A stretch of 64,000 bases of DNA. Source: a virus. Made by a program: the position numbers and the translations under genes. Under the pieces are notes generated by a model that searched no databases, was not told the origin of the DNA, and worked only from the letters and a program-made list of their open reading frames with translations. How positions within the stretch are numbered: position 1 is the stretch's first letter; each line of letters begins with the position of its first letter. The DNA is taken from positions 30,715 through 94,714 of IMG/VR virus record IMGVR_UViG_3300041964_000082; one strand, written 5' to 3'. Positions 33,532 to 45,250 of this stretch are shown one piece after another.

Positions 33532-34552
33532 TTAACCTACCAATACAGTCCAAGTGCCCGTAATCGTGCCAAAACTGGTCATATCAAGCGCTAGAGCGGT
33601 TGCACTGGTATAGGTAATATCGTCGGGGTCGCCAATCTTCTTGAAGTTGTTATCCACCAATGTCACAGGCACAACCCGCTGACCCAAGTTGTGAGTGACA
33701 GTAAGAACACCGCCGACTAAGCTTGCACTGGTAAATGTCTGCGCGAAGTAACGGGCGATCGCCAGTTCCGATCCGGCTAGCCCTGCAACAAATCGATCGT
33801 TCGCCTCATCCCAAATAATGCTTGCCGCAGTCAGTGACCCGCGATTGACTTCAAAGCCTGCATTCTCAGTTGGGGACGATCCCGAATAATCTGAGTTGAG
33901 CCGCAGAATGTTATCTGCGATCGTTACAGTCTCAGTGTTGATGGTCGTTGTCGTGCCGGAAACCGTTAGATTTCGCACAACCAGATCGGCATAAGCCTGT
34001 GTCGCCTGCGTTACGAACAGCAGCAACACCTGACTCATCTTTGAGTCCGAACGCCAGTGCCGCCACTGTTGACCTAAGAAGCTAGCTTGCGTCGGTTCCA
34101 GTGTCGGTGTTCTGGTTGTGGAATCGGGAGTCGTTGCCCGCCGCTACTGTGTTTGCAGTCGTACCGACAAAGCTTGAAATATCGGCATATCCGATCGATC
34201 GCATCGTTGGCGCTCCGCTGGAACCAGACGGAGAGGCGAGAAACTGACTTGCCGATTGACTAGCAAACGTTGCGGTTAGTGTTCCAGAAGTCGTGACGGG
34301 AGATCCGGTGACTGTGAAGATCGATGGCAACGACAGACCGACCGAGGAAACGCCACCACCACCCGATGCGCCATAACTGATCGTGCCATCTGTCGCCACA
34401 ATCAGGGCAGAAGATGACCCTGGCAGTGCGTTAGGCAGTGTCCAAGTGTAGGACGTTGCGATCGCAGCAGGGGGCTTGATGGCGACGAATGTACCGCCCA
34501 AGGCGACAAGCACTCGAAGCTCTTTTACGACTTCTAATAATCCAGTTAGCAT
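33532..34552 (-). CDS. Tail fibre-like protein (frameshifted)
   Basis: SYTWTLP, GVSSVGLSLPSIFTVTGSPVTTSGTL, NLTVSGTTTTINTETVTIADN, TVTHNLG. Confidence 0.75.
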
Positions 34553-35045
34553 TTGTTAGGCTCCGATTGATATACGCCAAGTTCCAACCAACGGTCTGAA
34601 GCTCTCCAACGTGACAGCGATCGCATTGCTGCCGCTGAAATCAACCCTGTCAGCAGATAAAGGAATGCCTGTGTTTGTCCAGACCGTAACGGCGCTGGGA
34701 TAGGTATTAAGGTTGTGAATAACAGGTAAAACGCCAGCGACACTCAAGCTTGCTTCAGTAAAGGTTTGCTCAAACTGAGTTGCGCCCACTGCGGCGATCG
34801 CGCCTGCAACTTCAGCTTCTAGTGCGTACTGCGGCAGTGGATCGGGTTCGCGCGAAAGGCGTCGATCGCGGCCTCCGCACCTTCAATTCCAATAATGTCG
34901 GCAATGACTTGCAGCATCACTGTTGCAGTGCGAGAGCCTTCAGGCGCAGCGGCATCCCATAACAGCATTCGAGAGGTCGAGAAGGAGATCTCTGCGGCAG
35001 TCTTAAGCGGTATGCTTCCGAAGTCTTTCTTCTCAATTAGTGCCA

Positions 35046-35874
35046 TCAGTCAAACTCCAGAATGATGCCGTCTTCTGTCGCAAGGACACCGCCATTAACA
35101 TCGATCGCAAAGTTGATCCAAGTAATCGGCTTGGGCTGAAAATAGCCACGCACCTTGTCCACCAAATCAATACCTACAGAAGCCACAAAAGGGTTTCTCT
35201 GCGTTCGCTCTAACCAAAACTGCCCACCCTCTTCATCGACCACTGCCAAGCACTGCTGATGAGGAGCGATCGAGCTTGGCAAGGGTCGAGGAGACACGAG
35301 ATAGCCTTCAAACCAGATCGCCTGAGCGTCTACTCCAGGAGATCGATCGCGGTTGGGATCTCTCTTTTGCTGTAGCAGGGCAGTACCTTCGATCTCTTGC
35401 TGCTCACTTGGCGCAACATTGCCCAGCGCATCCGCAACCAAAGCGCCCGTCGAGACACGAAGCGCAGTTGAGCGTTAGCGTAAGGGGCGAAAGGCGATCG
35501 AGCGGTCATGCCATCTCCTAGCGAACTAACCGAACACCACCACGACTAGTCAGATGATCCAACAACAGCGATCGAGCTACAGCACGGCGTAGTCGGCTCA
35601 TCTCTGACTTAATGCCCGCCGTTTTGCCGCCCAAGCGCCCACTCAAGCACGTCTGCCTTGACCAGTCCGGCATTCTCTGTCCCTTCACTCAGCGCCTGTT
35701 TCTTGCGCTCGTATTGGTCGAGATAGCCCTCAATCCGCGTCACCGCAGGCTCACCGCCATACGCTTCTGCGTGATTGAGGGCATCTTGCACGTTTTGGCA
35801 GTAATAGATGGTTACAGGCAGCTCAAGCAACCCATAACCCGATCGCGTGTGGTCGCGGCAAACGGCATGTTACA
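35046..35874 (-). CDS. Head-completion/head-tail joining genes (two frameshifted ORFs)
   Basis: Position downstream of the capsid gene; GLVKADVLEW motif. Confidence 0.5.
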
Positions 35875-36412
35875 TCACCCTCAGCCCAGAAGCAGGCGGC
35901 ATTGTGGCGCGAACTTTGTTAAGGGCAACAATGCGACCGTTACCCATCGGCACTTTCGTCACTTGGGGCGATCGGGCTGGCTGGCTTGCGCGATTTACGG
36001 GTGCGATCGATTGGATCCGGGGTAAGGATGGGTGTTTCACTGGGTTGTCCCTCTAGTAGTTTCTGGGTTTCGTCAACCGTTTTCAACGGGGCATCGGTCT
36101 TGAGCGATTCCAAGTTTTCAGGGTGATTCTTTTGGTTATCCCCTGGCTTGGTTGCCGCAGAGTAGGGCAGTCCGGTGTAGTCCGGTTCTGTATCCACTCC
36201 TTTGTTGTTGTCGCCTTCTCCTCTCCGATCGAGGCAGGTTTGCGCTCGTCGTAGTCTTTCACGATGTCCGCCTCTGCTTTGGTCTTGGACTTCACCTCAG
36301 CGTCAGCAGTTTCGCCAACGCCAAGGTAATGATCGGTCGCCTCTGGATAGGAAACGTTTTCGTTTGTTAGTCGGCGCGATCGCTGAAATCCTGTAAGTCC
36401 CATGTCGCCCTC

Positions 36413-37381
36413 CTAGTTGGTGATGAGTTGAACGATCGGGATATTCTTCCGGCTCAGCACAGCCTGCCAGTTCGTGCCCGTTTCCAGTTCAGCATTCGTG
36501 GGAGAAACACCCGCAGGCGTACCGATCCACTTTGCGCCCGTTGGGTGCAGAACGAATTGGCGACGGTTAACGAGGTACTCTTCGCCCCATAAAGATGTCA
36601 CTGTCCATTTCTACTGGAGCCTTGGCGTCAGCTTCGCCAAAAGCAACAGCACCATCACCGAACAAGTAGGACGTGTACTTGAAGCCGTTCGTGGTAGCAA
36701 CGCGAGGCAGAGAGTCATCCACAATCACCCGCTTGCCTAGATAGGTGCGGATGGGTGTACCCTGCTCCGATCGCTGCTCAAACTGAATCAAGTCTTGCTT
36801 GAACAGCTGTGATATTGCTTGGAGTGGACAGCGATCGCGGTAATGTCGCCGGAAGCATCGCCCAAGATATCGCGCATCGATCGTTGCTTCTGCGCTGATT
36901 TTGTTGGCAGCAGTGCAGCAGCAGCATCGGTGATAGAGATATCCACCGTTGCATCAGCTCATCGAAGCAGCGGCGAAGAATCCCTTGAGTGAGGACAGCA
37001 GAGTCTTCTGCATATCCGCGCCCACCAGTCAGCAACGAGGTCACCGATCGCGGCTACAGGGTCAACACCTGCCAGTGCAGCCACTAGATCGTGACTACCC
37101 CAGGCTTTACCGCGAAAGTGCTTGGCGGAAATCTGGGATCCGGTCGTAATTTTGTTTACTGTGAGCGGCACGGTATCCGAAAGGACTTCAGACACGCCGA
37201 CAGATCATTGAAAAATGGAATATTCGCGCTTGTGCCTGGGCCCTTGCGCTGCTTCGTTCAAATCTTCGTTGAATGCAACGATTCCAGACTGAAATAGCTG
37301 TGAAACTTCCCGAGTGCGCACTTGCACGTAGGGAAGCCAAGTTTGCGGCAGGATTATGTCTGCTATCTTGACGGCGGCCAT
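36413..37381 (-). CDS. Major capsid protein, SPP1 gp13-like (frameshifted)
   Basis: KIADII...LFQSGI...IPFFNDL...RGKAWGSHDL..LAGVDP..AIGDLVADWWAR...YLGKRVIVDD...FVLHPTG. Confidence 0.9.
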
Positions 37382-37473
37382 AGGTTTTAGGGAGGGGGAT
37401 AAGTTGTCTTTTCCCCTTGGCATTGCCTCTAGGGGTAACCCATCGGGTTTTTCTAGAGGCAGCATTCCCTCAC

Positions 37474-38451
37474 CTACAAAAGAGGAATTTGAGTGTAAGT
37501 TCCCTCACTCTTCCCTAGCAACTTCAAGATCTTCAGCCATTGCCGACGATCGAAAAACGACTGCCGACTATACCACTCCAGCGGATCTGCATTGTGCTTT
37601 GATGAGTTGCACGATTTACAGCATGGGAGTAGATTCCCCAATGCATCAGATCCACCTCTAGAGACCGGAATAAAATGATCAATGCTTGTTCCACGACTTG
37701 AAAGACAGTAGGAACAAAGCCCACCAAATACCTGCAAGCGATCGCGCAAGTCGTTGTGGCTGTAGTCTGAGGAGTGATTCTCTGCTTTTCTCGCTCTGCG
37801 GCGAATGCGTCGTTTTTGAGCTACAAGCCTGCCTTGCTCGGTTTTTCTGTATTCGTCAAGATATTGATTGATTTTGTCTCGATTCTGCTGCTGATATGAC
37901 TGGTAGTATTTCCTGAATCGATCGCGATTAGCCTTCATCCATTCTTTAGCCTTGGCTTGCTTGCGATCTCTGTTCGCTAAATACCAGTCTCTAGCTTTGG
38001 CACGGCGACTCTCTCTGTTGTTTTGGTGGTGACGCCTTGCGCTATTCCGCATGTCTTTGAATGTATGCCGGGTTTTTTCTGTTCTCAATGTGCTTTTCAC
38101 GTTCACATTCAACACAGCTTTTGTTGATCCGTCTTCTTAAGCTGCCACCGTTCCTTGATAGTCGTGCCCTTTTATGCAAAGGACACCCAAGTAAAACAAC
38201 TCACCTATAGAAAGATTCGCACCACGACTCTGAATTGCTTCTAGCTGCTGTTTCTGCTGCTGTCTTTGCTGCTGCCTAGATTCAGCAATAGCTGGTTGCG
38301 ATGAACTTCTGCGGCACTCGAGACACCTATTTGTGTTCAGCGATCGCAGACTTTGCTCTGTGTCACGCCACTTGTGCCCAAATCTGCATAGACTGCCAAG
38401 GTAAAACCTGCTGGCATCAAACCCCAGATCTTCTAAACTATTCATAGCCAT
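37474..38451 (-). CDS. HNH endonuclease with N-terminal YLG.LC..GH repeats (frameshifted)
   Basis: CSYC...IDHFIPVSRGGSDALGNLLPCCKSCNSSKH. Confidence 0.88.
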
Positions 38452-38593
38452 TCCTTACTTCCGATAAGGTGTTGGTTAGCGATCGCCACTGTTATCAGCA
38501 GATAGGCGATCGCGGTATCTAATTTTAACCCGAAAACCTTACACAGTAAAGGTTTCAGGCTTTTAATCACCTATTTAACGCCTGCCGCCGCTT

Positions 38594-39307
38594 TCAACCG
38601 TTCGTACTCAGCAGGTTTCTCTTGAAGATTCGAGTCTGCTCTGTGAGGTTGAACGTTTCCTTTTTGAACGGATTCACGATCGGCGTTCGCCCACCTCCAG
38701 GACTAGGCAGCGCACCACTACCCGATGCACCATTCGGCTTGAACTGGTTTAGGTAACGGGGTTGCTCTTTCAATTCCTTGACGAACTCAGCAAGCTCGAA
38801 AGATTTGTACTCATCACCCGCGATGATTTTGCCTTCTTCGTTGCGGCGAATCTTGTGTCCAACCAGAGTAAATAGTTGCTCAGGATCAAAAACACCATGC
38901 TCAGGTTTGGCGAACTCTCCGATCGCTTCGGTTCTGAGTTGTGCAGCTTCGAGCGCAATCTTTTCACGAGCGCGTTCTTCTTTTTCTGCTGCCCGTTCCT
39001 GCTCGATCGCTTCCAAGCGCTGCTCTAGCTTGCTCTTGTCCTTCTGATAGAGATCAGCGTATTTGCTCTTTTCAGAGGTTTCCAATTCTTCGTAGCGCTG
39101 CTTGATTTGCAGCAGTTCGTCAATGTCGAGATCGGCGTGGGCTTCAAACTTTTTGAACTTTGCAACTTTGCCAAGGAGTTCATCGCGCTTGGCAAGGAGA
39201 CGGTTCTTTTCGTCTTTGAGTCCGGTAACTTCGGCACTCAGCCCTTCGATCGTGGTTTCTTGCTCTTTAATCTTCGCTAACGCTTGCTCTAATTCCATGA
39301 GTCCCAT
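38594..39307 (-). CDS. Capsid scaffolding protein
   Basis: Coiled coil; C-terminal GSGA...NPFKKETFNLTEQ; lies between portal and capsid. Confidence 0.8.
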   Translation of the reverse strand: MGLMELEQALAKIKEQETTIEGLSAEVTGLKDEKNRLLAKRDELLGKVAKFKKFEAHADLDIDELLQIKQRYEELETSEKSKYADLYQKDKSKLEQRLEAIEQERAAEKEERAREKIALEAAQLRTEAIGEFAKPEHGVFDPEQLFTLVGHKIRRNEEGKIIAGDEYKSFELAEFVKELKEQPRYLNQFKPNGASGSGALPSPGGGRTPIVNPFKKETFNLTEQTRIFKRNLLSTNG

Positions 39308-39835
39308 TGGGCGGGCATAGCCCTTATACTTCGCCCGCAGGATTCCTACAAATCGACCTGACTAAGAGCTTGGCGTAACTGCATGACAGCATTAACCGGA
39401 TCTTCGTAGTAAAGCTGCTCTGAAGCTAAGAAGCGCTCTACCTCGACTTTCAAGACTTCCAATCTGGCAAGCCTTGCGTCAGCATCAACGCCCGATCGAT
39501 CGCTGGATACTTTTAACGTCCGCAGTTGTGCGAGTTCTTCTAGAACGCCTGCAAGCCAACCCGATCGCATTGTCTTTTCTCTTGCAATTTCATCAAATGC
39601 AGTTTCAAGCTCAATTAGGGATGCGTGTGAGACCTCTCCGAATCCACTGGTAAATTCAGCGCTATGTAGCAGATCGCCCACTTTTTCGTACAGGTTCTCA
39701 AACTTGGCAAACATATCCTGCCGCTTCTCTTGGCTGAGCGATCGCAGTTTGTCTATGCCGTTCTGAGAGTCGCCATATTGAGAGCCGGATTCAGTCACAA
39801 GTAAACACCAAGAATTAATGCCTACATTTTATAGG

Positions 39836-41398
39836 TCAACTCTTCTTGGTACATTCTGCATTCGATCTAGATCTCCAACCTGGTATTGGCGTCAACTGCC
39901 GCTGACTAAGTGGAATTGCATTCACATCGATCGTATTAGTATCACTTGGTACGGGCGCAGCCTGTCGCTTGAATTCAGATTCCAACTTGGCGATCTCTTC
40001 TTCAATATCAAACTCATCGTCAAATATTTCGCCTTTTTTCAGCAGCGTTAGCAGTGTTTCTAGGCTGATCTGACTGGCGCTGTGCAAACGGCTAAAGGCA
40101 TCGATCGCTTGTGGCGTCAACTCTGCCACGTCAAAGTCACGATTCACCTGGCAAGTGCCTGCTGGTTGGTTCATATAGGCAGCGTGGAACTCTAGGCACA
40201 GATCGAACGCATCTTGCAGCCCTTGAGCGATCACCGACATAATCGAATCACCCTGGACTCGATCGAGCTTTTTCGCCTCTGCTGATTCGCCTACATTCTT
40301 CTGGCCAACCAGCGTAGACAGCCCCAGCATCGCCATCTGCTGCTCTAGCTTGTCAATCCGGCTATTCAGTCCATCAAATGAGGTGGGCGGTGGTGCAATC
40401 CATTCTGCCCGTCCATCTGGGTTATCAAATACCAGCGCTTCATCTGCACCCACCACGACATCACCTTGATCGGTGTTGTAGCCGTACAAACGAGCTTAGG
40501 GTGAGCAGTGATATGCAAGCTGTGGTTAAGGTCAGAAGATAGCTGGAAGTGATTGATATTCAGATAGGCGACCTCCAGCATCGGCGGACGGGTGACTGAT
40601 TCTCGCTTTCTTGTCCGTATAGATAACGTGAATGGAATGTAGGGCAGTGATAGAAAACCATCGTCCCCCACCTGCATCCAATTACCGTCAATCTCTGAAA
40701 GAGTCGATAGCGGCAGCGCCCCTCAAACAAGTCGTAAACCTTGATCCGCTCGACTTCTGCCTCACCAAACTCTCCAGAAGGCTCGATCGAGTTTTCGCGA
40801 TCCTCAATTGAGTGAATACGCGTCCGATTGCCAATCGTGCTATAGCGCCATCCAATAATCTCAGGTGCGGTGTAATGCACCCAGTAAGGGCGATAGCCTC
40901 TTTCCACCTCATCGGCACGAGTGCGAACGTCTCCTCTTCAACCTTGGGATAATTCACAAAGATCCCGGTGTAGCCAAAGTCGATCGCTGCCTCAAACACC
41001 TCACGCGCAAAGCTGTTGAGGTCGTCTCCCAGCAGGTTGATATTATCGAGGTGAGACTCGATCGCAGGCACTACGTCCTGGAGTGCGATCGGCTTGCGCA
41101 AGACCATCCCAACTACGCCACGCACTAAGCGGACATACCAAGGCGCAAAGCACGATCGCCCTAGCCTGCGTCCATAGGCGTCCTCTCGCTCGAAAGGTTC
41201 GTGAGGCAGAAACGCTTTGCCACCCTTGCGGATGTCGGGAGTACCGCCCTTGACGGACTTGATCACCTCCCACCAAGGCCGCATCTGTTCGTAGGCATTG
41301 CAAGGCGCATCTACCCCATGTGTCGAGGGTAGAGGCGCGGTTCTGGCATCAGGTAGCGGAGTGAGTTTACTTCGCTCGGCAATAAAGTTATAGGTCAT
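39836..41398 (-). CDS. Portal protein (DUF4055-like; frameshifted)
   Basis: E..DAY.RRL.R, RPYWVHY...IIGWR, PPMLEVAYLNINHFQ, ESAEAKKLDR; follows TerL. Confidence 0.85.
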
Positions 41399-41436
41399 CA
41401 GCAGGGGCGATCGCTGCTGTGAGCGTTCCTACTGAG

Positions 41437-43784
41437 TTAGTAGAGTTGAATTCCTGATCTGCGGATAGCTGTAGAAGTGTTGCGAATCAAGGGTTCCAGT
41501 CCGTATCTGGCAGAGTCTAGGCAGTTATGGACTAGAACGCCATTAGCAAAAAACTCGTGTTGATCTTCGATCGTCAAGTCATACACTTTTTCTGCGACGC
41601 GAGTGCTTGAGACGATTTGCACACGATCGGCTACAAGTTTCAGTTTTGGAGTATTTGTTTGCTCTAAAAGTGATGCTGCAAATTGGGCATACAGCGTCGA
41701 TGTCATCAATTCCGCTATCTCTTCTCCATTTTGACTTGCAAGCGTTTGAGCAGAATCTAGATTGAGTGCCGCATGCGTCTGATTCAAATGATTTGCTGCA
41801 GCAATCGCAAACTCTTTCAATTGACACTCGGTTCTCTTTTGAGAAATTCTTAGCCAGTTTTGCGTGAAGTTTTTTGCCTTCTTCTGAGGAGTGCCACTGC
41901 CTTGTGAGCGGTCGAATGCGATCAAGATGGGCAAGCTGCTGCTCTTTGTTTTCTTGAATCCATTTACGCGCATGATGCGACATATGCTCGGTGACAGAAA
42001 TACACTCAAAATTTTCGAGATCGTTGTTGTCTGTGTCGCCATCTTTGTGATGGATATGATGCCCTTCTGGAATTGCTCCAAAATTGCCAACCCAGATTTG
42101 TCTGTGCAGATACCATTCATGTCCTGCAAGATGCGCTGCTGTTGACTTGTAATAGACGCGATCGTTTCTGCGTTCTGAATCGGGGTATCGCGTGTAAACA
42201 AATCCTTTGTATGTGATTTGCGCTCTTTGGTTGGTTGTTCTTCTGGGCATAGTTCGTTTGCTTCCAGAGTCAATACCTTATCATTATATCGCAGTGCATC
42301 GACTCTAACGAAACCACGCTGTGTAAGGATTTCATGATTTTCGGTAGCTTCAAATTGCTTGCCGAATTTGGTTTTTACTGTAAAGACTGTACGATTTGAA
42401 TCTGTTGCACCTGACCATAAGACGCGCTTAAAGCCAGCACGAGTTAAAACCTTTTCTCCAACTTGTATTTCTTCAATTGGGCGATCGCCTTTGTCGGTTG
42501 TAATTAATGTCCCAGCCGCCAAGCAATGATTGTGTGCATCCACAACGATCGGCAGCACATCACCCGTCAATCGATCGACCTTGTAGGAATAGAGTCGCGC
42601 TTCCTCAATCGTGTTCTTGCAGCGTGGATGGATGATGATCTTGTCATAGCTGCGCAAATGAGCAATGCCATCCTCAACAGACCCAGCACCCTTAGAGACA
42701 GCGACAATCTTGGGGATGCCATGCCGCTTTAGGTAAGAAATGGATTCAGGACGGGCATTGTCTGCGCGAACTGTGTAGAGGTGGCAGTCGGGTATGTCTA
42801 GCTTCCAGCGATCGGCTGTGTGATCAAGCTCTAAACCCACAGCGTAGGATTCGCGTTCAACATGGAGACAGCGATCGTGTATCCACAGCTTGATTAGCAC
42901 GGTCGGGTCTTGAGCAAATCCAAAGTCTGCGCCAAGGTAGGGGCCATCCCATCCAGCCTTGACCTGCACGTCTCCATTAACAGTAGGTTCATAGGGGCTA
43001 AATTCATCTACAAACCACTTGCCATTGAGAATCTGAGCATCTGACTTGATGTTGTAGTGCCCCATCCAAATATGCAAATACGCTTGCATGTCCTGCTTGC
43101 GGGCGGTGTTGGCAAGCGCGATCGCTTCCTCGCTAATAAATGGGTTATCGGTGTAATTGACATTGACCAGAATCGTGCCATCAGGAAGCCCTGACTCACC
43201 CCTGAAGAAGCGATCGACAGGGTTCTCAGGCTGATCAGGGTTCCAGCTAAACCAAATCTCAGAACCAGGCTTACGGATAGTTGGCAGCAACAGATCGATC
43301 GATCGTTGGCTGAGGTTCTGCGCTTCTTCTGCCCAAACAATATCGATGCCTTCTAAACCTTTCACCGAGTCGGCTGTGTGGTCTTGCATCCCCTGGAAGA
43401 TAATGAAGCCGTCGCCCTGCGTCGATCGCACCTCTCCCACCATTTCACGGACTAAATGCTTAACGCCAAAGGATCTGATCTTGTCTTCAATCAGGCTTTA
43501 GCAGAATACTTGAGAGACTTTTGAATCTCCCGAATGCAGACAATCCGCTAGGTCAGGATTCTCGATAAACCGTTGACAATCTGCTCACCAAAGAAGTGAG
43601 ACTTGCCGCCCGATCGCCCACCATATGCGCCTTTGTAGCGAGACTTTGCAAGTAGAGGTTTTGCCCAATCTGGAACGGCAGCAATTTGATCAAGGTTGCG
43701 AACTAGCGATCGCCTTCTTCTCTCCTGCTCAGCCTTTGCCCTCAGTTGCAGGCTAGTTAAGGATGTTGCCGGGTTCGACGCCAC
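41437..43784 (-). CDS. terL: Terminase large subunit (PBSX family) containing an intein; frameshift near 43.5 kb
   Basis: YGGRSGGKSH Walker A, WAEEAQ Walker B, WNP, GADFGF..DP, D..NH|intein|CLDSARY. Confidence 0.93.
41524..42525 (-). other. Intein (334 aa) in the TerL nuclease domain
   Basis: Block A CLAAGTLITT, block B TENHEI, blocks F/G VYDLTIEDQHEFFANGVLVHN|C. Confidence 0.93.
41579..42250 (-). CDS. HNH homing endonuclease with Zn-finger repeats, nested out of frame inside the intein
   Basis: YLHRQIW...GAIPEGHHIHHKDGDTDNNDLENFECI...H, then two CxxC...CS..C units; has its own ATG and TGA. Confidence 0.88.
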   Translation of the reverse strand: MPRRTTNQRAQITYKGFVYTRYPDSERRNDRVYYKSTAAHLAGHEWYLHRQIWVGNFGAIPEGHHIHHKDGDTDNNDLENFECISVTEHMSHHARKWIQENKEQQLAHLDRIRPLTRQWHSSEEGKKLHAKLAKNFSKENRVSIERVCDCCSKSFESDACGTQSRFCSNACKSKWRRDSGIDDIDAVCPICSITFRANKYSKTETCSRSCANRLKHSRRRKSV

Positions 43785-44283
43785 TGGCGATCGCTTCGAG
43801 TTCTTCATCGCTGAGCGTGGCAAGATCGATGCTGACGTTTACTTCTTTGCGATCGGTGCTGAGTCCCATTGCCAAGCGCCTCAGTATTGCGTTGCAGCGT
43901 TTCACCCAAGAGACTAGACCTCTTTCGCGTCTTTGATCTTCAGGTCTAACAGTCACGTCGCGCCGCCCTGGCAGATCAAGGGATGTGCAGGCTTTTGCCA
44001 TCTGAAGATGAAAGGGGTGATTACTTCGGCAGCATCGATCAATGATGAGGTTTGCGCCGACTCGCGCTTTGAGCAGCAACTGCACGTTCGCGCAACCCTG
44101 GTTGCGGATTGGTTCCCTAAAAACTTTGCCGATGTCAACCCAGGGACTCAACCATAGAGCGCTTTTTGATAGTGTGACCTTGGGCATTTGGTTGACTTGC
44201 AGATATGAAAACGTCACCGAGTATCACCACTCACGTACTTCATGTCATCGCAAATACTCCCAATCGATCGCAGTTCGTGCCAT
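43753..44283 (-). CDS. terS: Terminase small subunit (heavily frameshifted)
   Basis: MARTAIDWEYL... start; C-terminal DLATLSDEELEAIASG; directly upstream of TerL. Confidence 0.6.
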
Positions 44284-44330
44284 TCGTCCAAACAGGTGCT
44301 ATCTACTGTGAAGATTCCCCGATCGCCCCG

Positions 44331-45140
44331 CTAAATCGCTGCCATTGCCCGCTGTTTGCGTCGTCTCCAGATGGGATCCCATGCCTGTAGCGCTTCCTTC
44401 TGTGGATGCTCAGGATCAAACAGCAGAATTGGCAAACCCTCTCGATCGCGCCACTGCAACCACCCAGGCGGATCAGTCTCATCCCAATCACCCGCCCATG
44501 TAAAAGCGCGATTGTGTACAGGGTTGAAATTCAAATCAAAATCTTTCCAGGTGTGATAGAGCAGAGCTTCGTAGGTCATCCAGCGCGGAAATGCTTTTCC
44601 TTCAGGCGTACCCCAAAACGATCGATCCTTGCTGCTTCCGACATGGCGCATCAGATGCCATCTACCCTCTGGCAGCATTGGCAGCATGAAATCTCGGTAC
44701 TCTTGAAAGTAAATTGCTTTATTCGGCTTGTAGCCTTGATCGTGGCAGTGATTAACAAAATCCTGCTGCACAGGAAAAGTCTTGGCGTACATCTCGCGGT
44801 ATGGCTTGAAAAAGTCCGATCGCTCTGGTTGCCCGCTGCTGTAAACTTCCATGCCGTGCTGTCGAGCGATTTTTTTGACGCGATCGCAATAGGCAGTCGC
44901 TTCTGACTTGTCGCGCTTCTTGGCTTTGGTCAATAAGTCCTCACCAATCGCTTGTCTGCCACGCTCAGACATGCCACCAATCTGTTTGTAGTTCAAGTGC
45001 AGCGGTGGAACCCAAACGCCTTCAACACCAACAGAGGTAAGTTCACGGCACAATCGATCGGGATCTTGCACCCACTCTTCGACACATGGGTTAATCCCTA
45101 CGACGAAGCGGTGTCCGAGTTCTCGCGCTTTGGCGATCAT
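44331..45140 (-). pseudogene. C-terminal half of a radical-SAM/SPL-like protein lacking its N-terminus
   Basis: (ATPTERIR)MIAKARELGHRFVVGINP resembles the SPL-like barrel; no CxxxCxxC motif upstream. Confidence 0.45.
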
Positions 45141-45250
45141 GCGAATTCGTTCGGTTGGTGTTGCGACGCTGAGGCTTAAAGTCGGATAGTTTTTTAGGTT
45201 TTGTCATTACTGTAGATTATGTAGAAACTTCAGTTAGGCAAATAAACATC

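Noticed and set aside
31965-35046. Diversity-generating retroelement targeting the fibre genes
   Set aside because: No reverse transcriptase or TR/VR pair seen in the window
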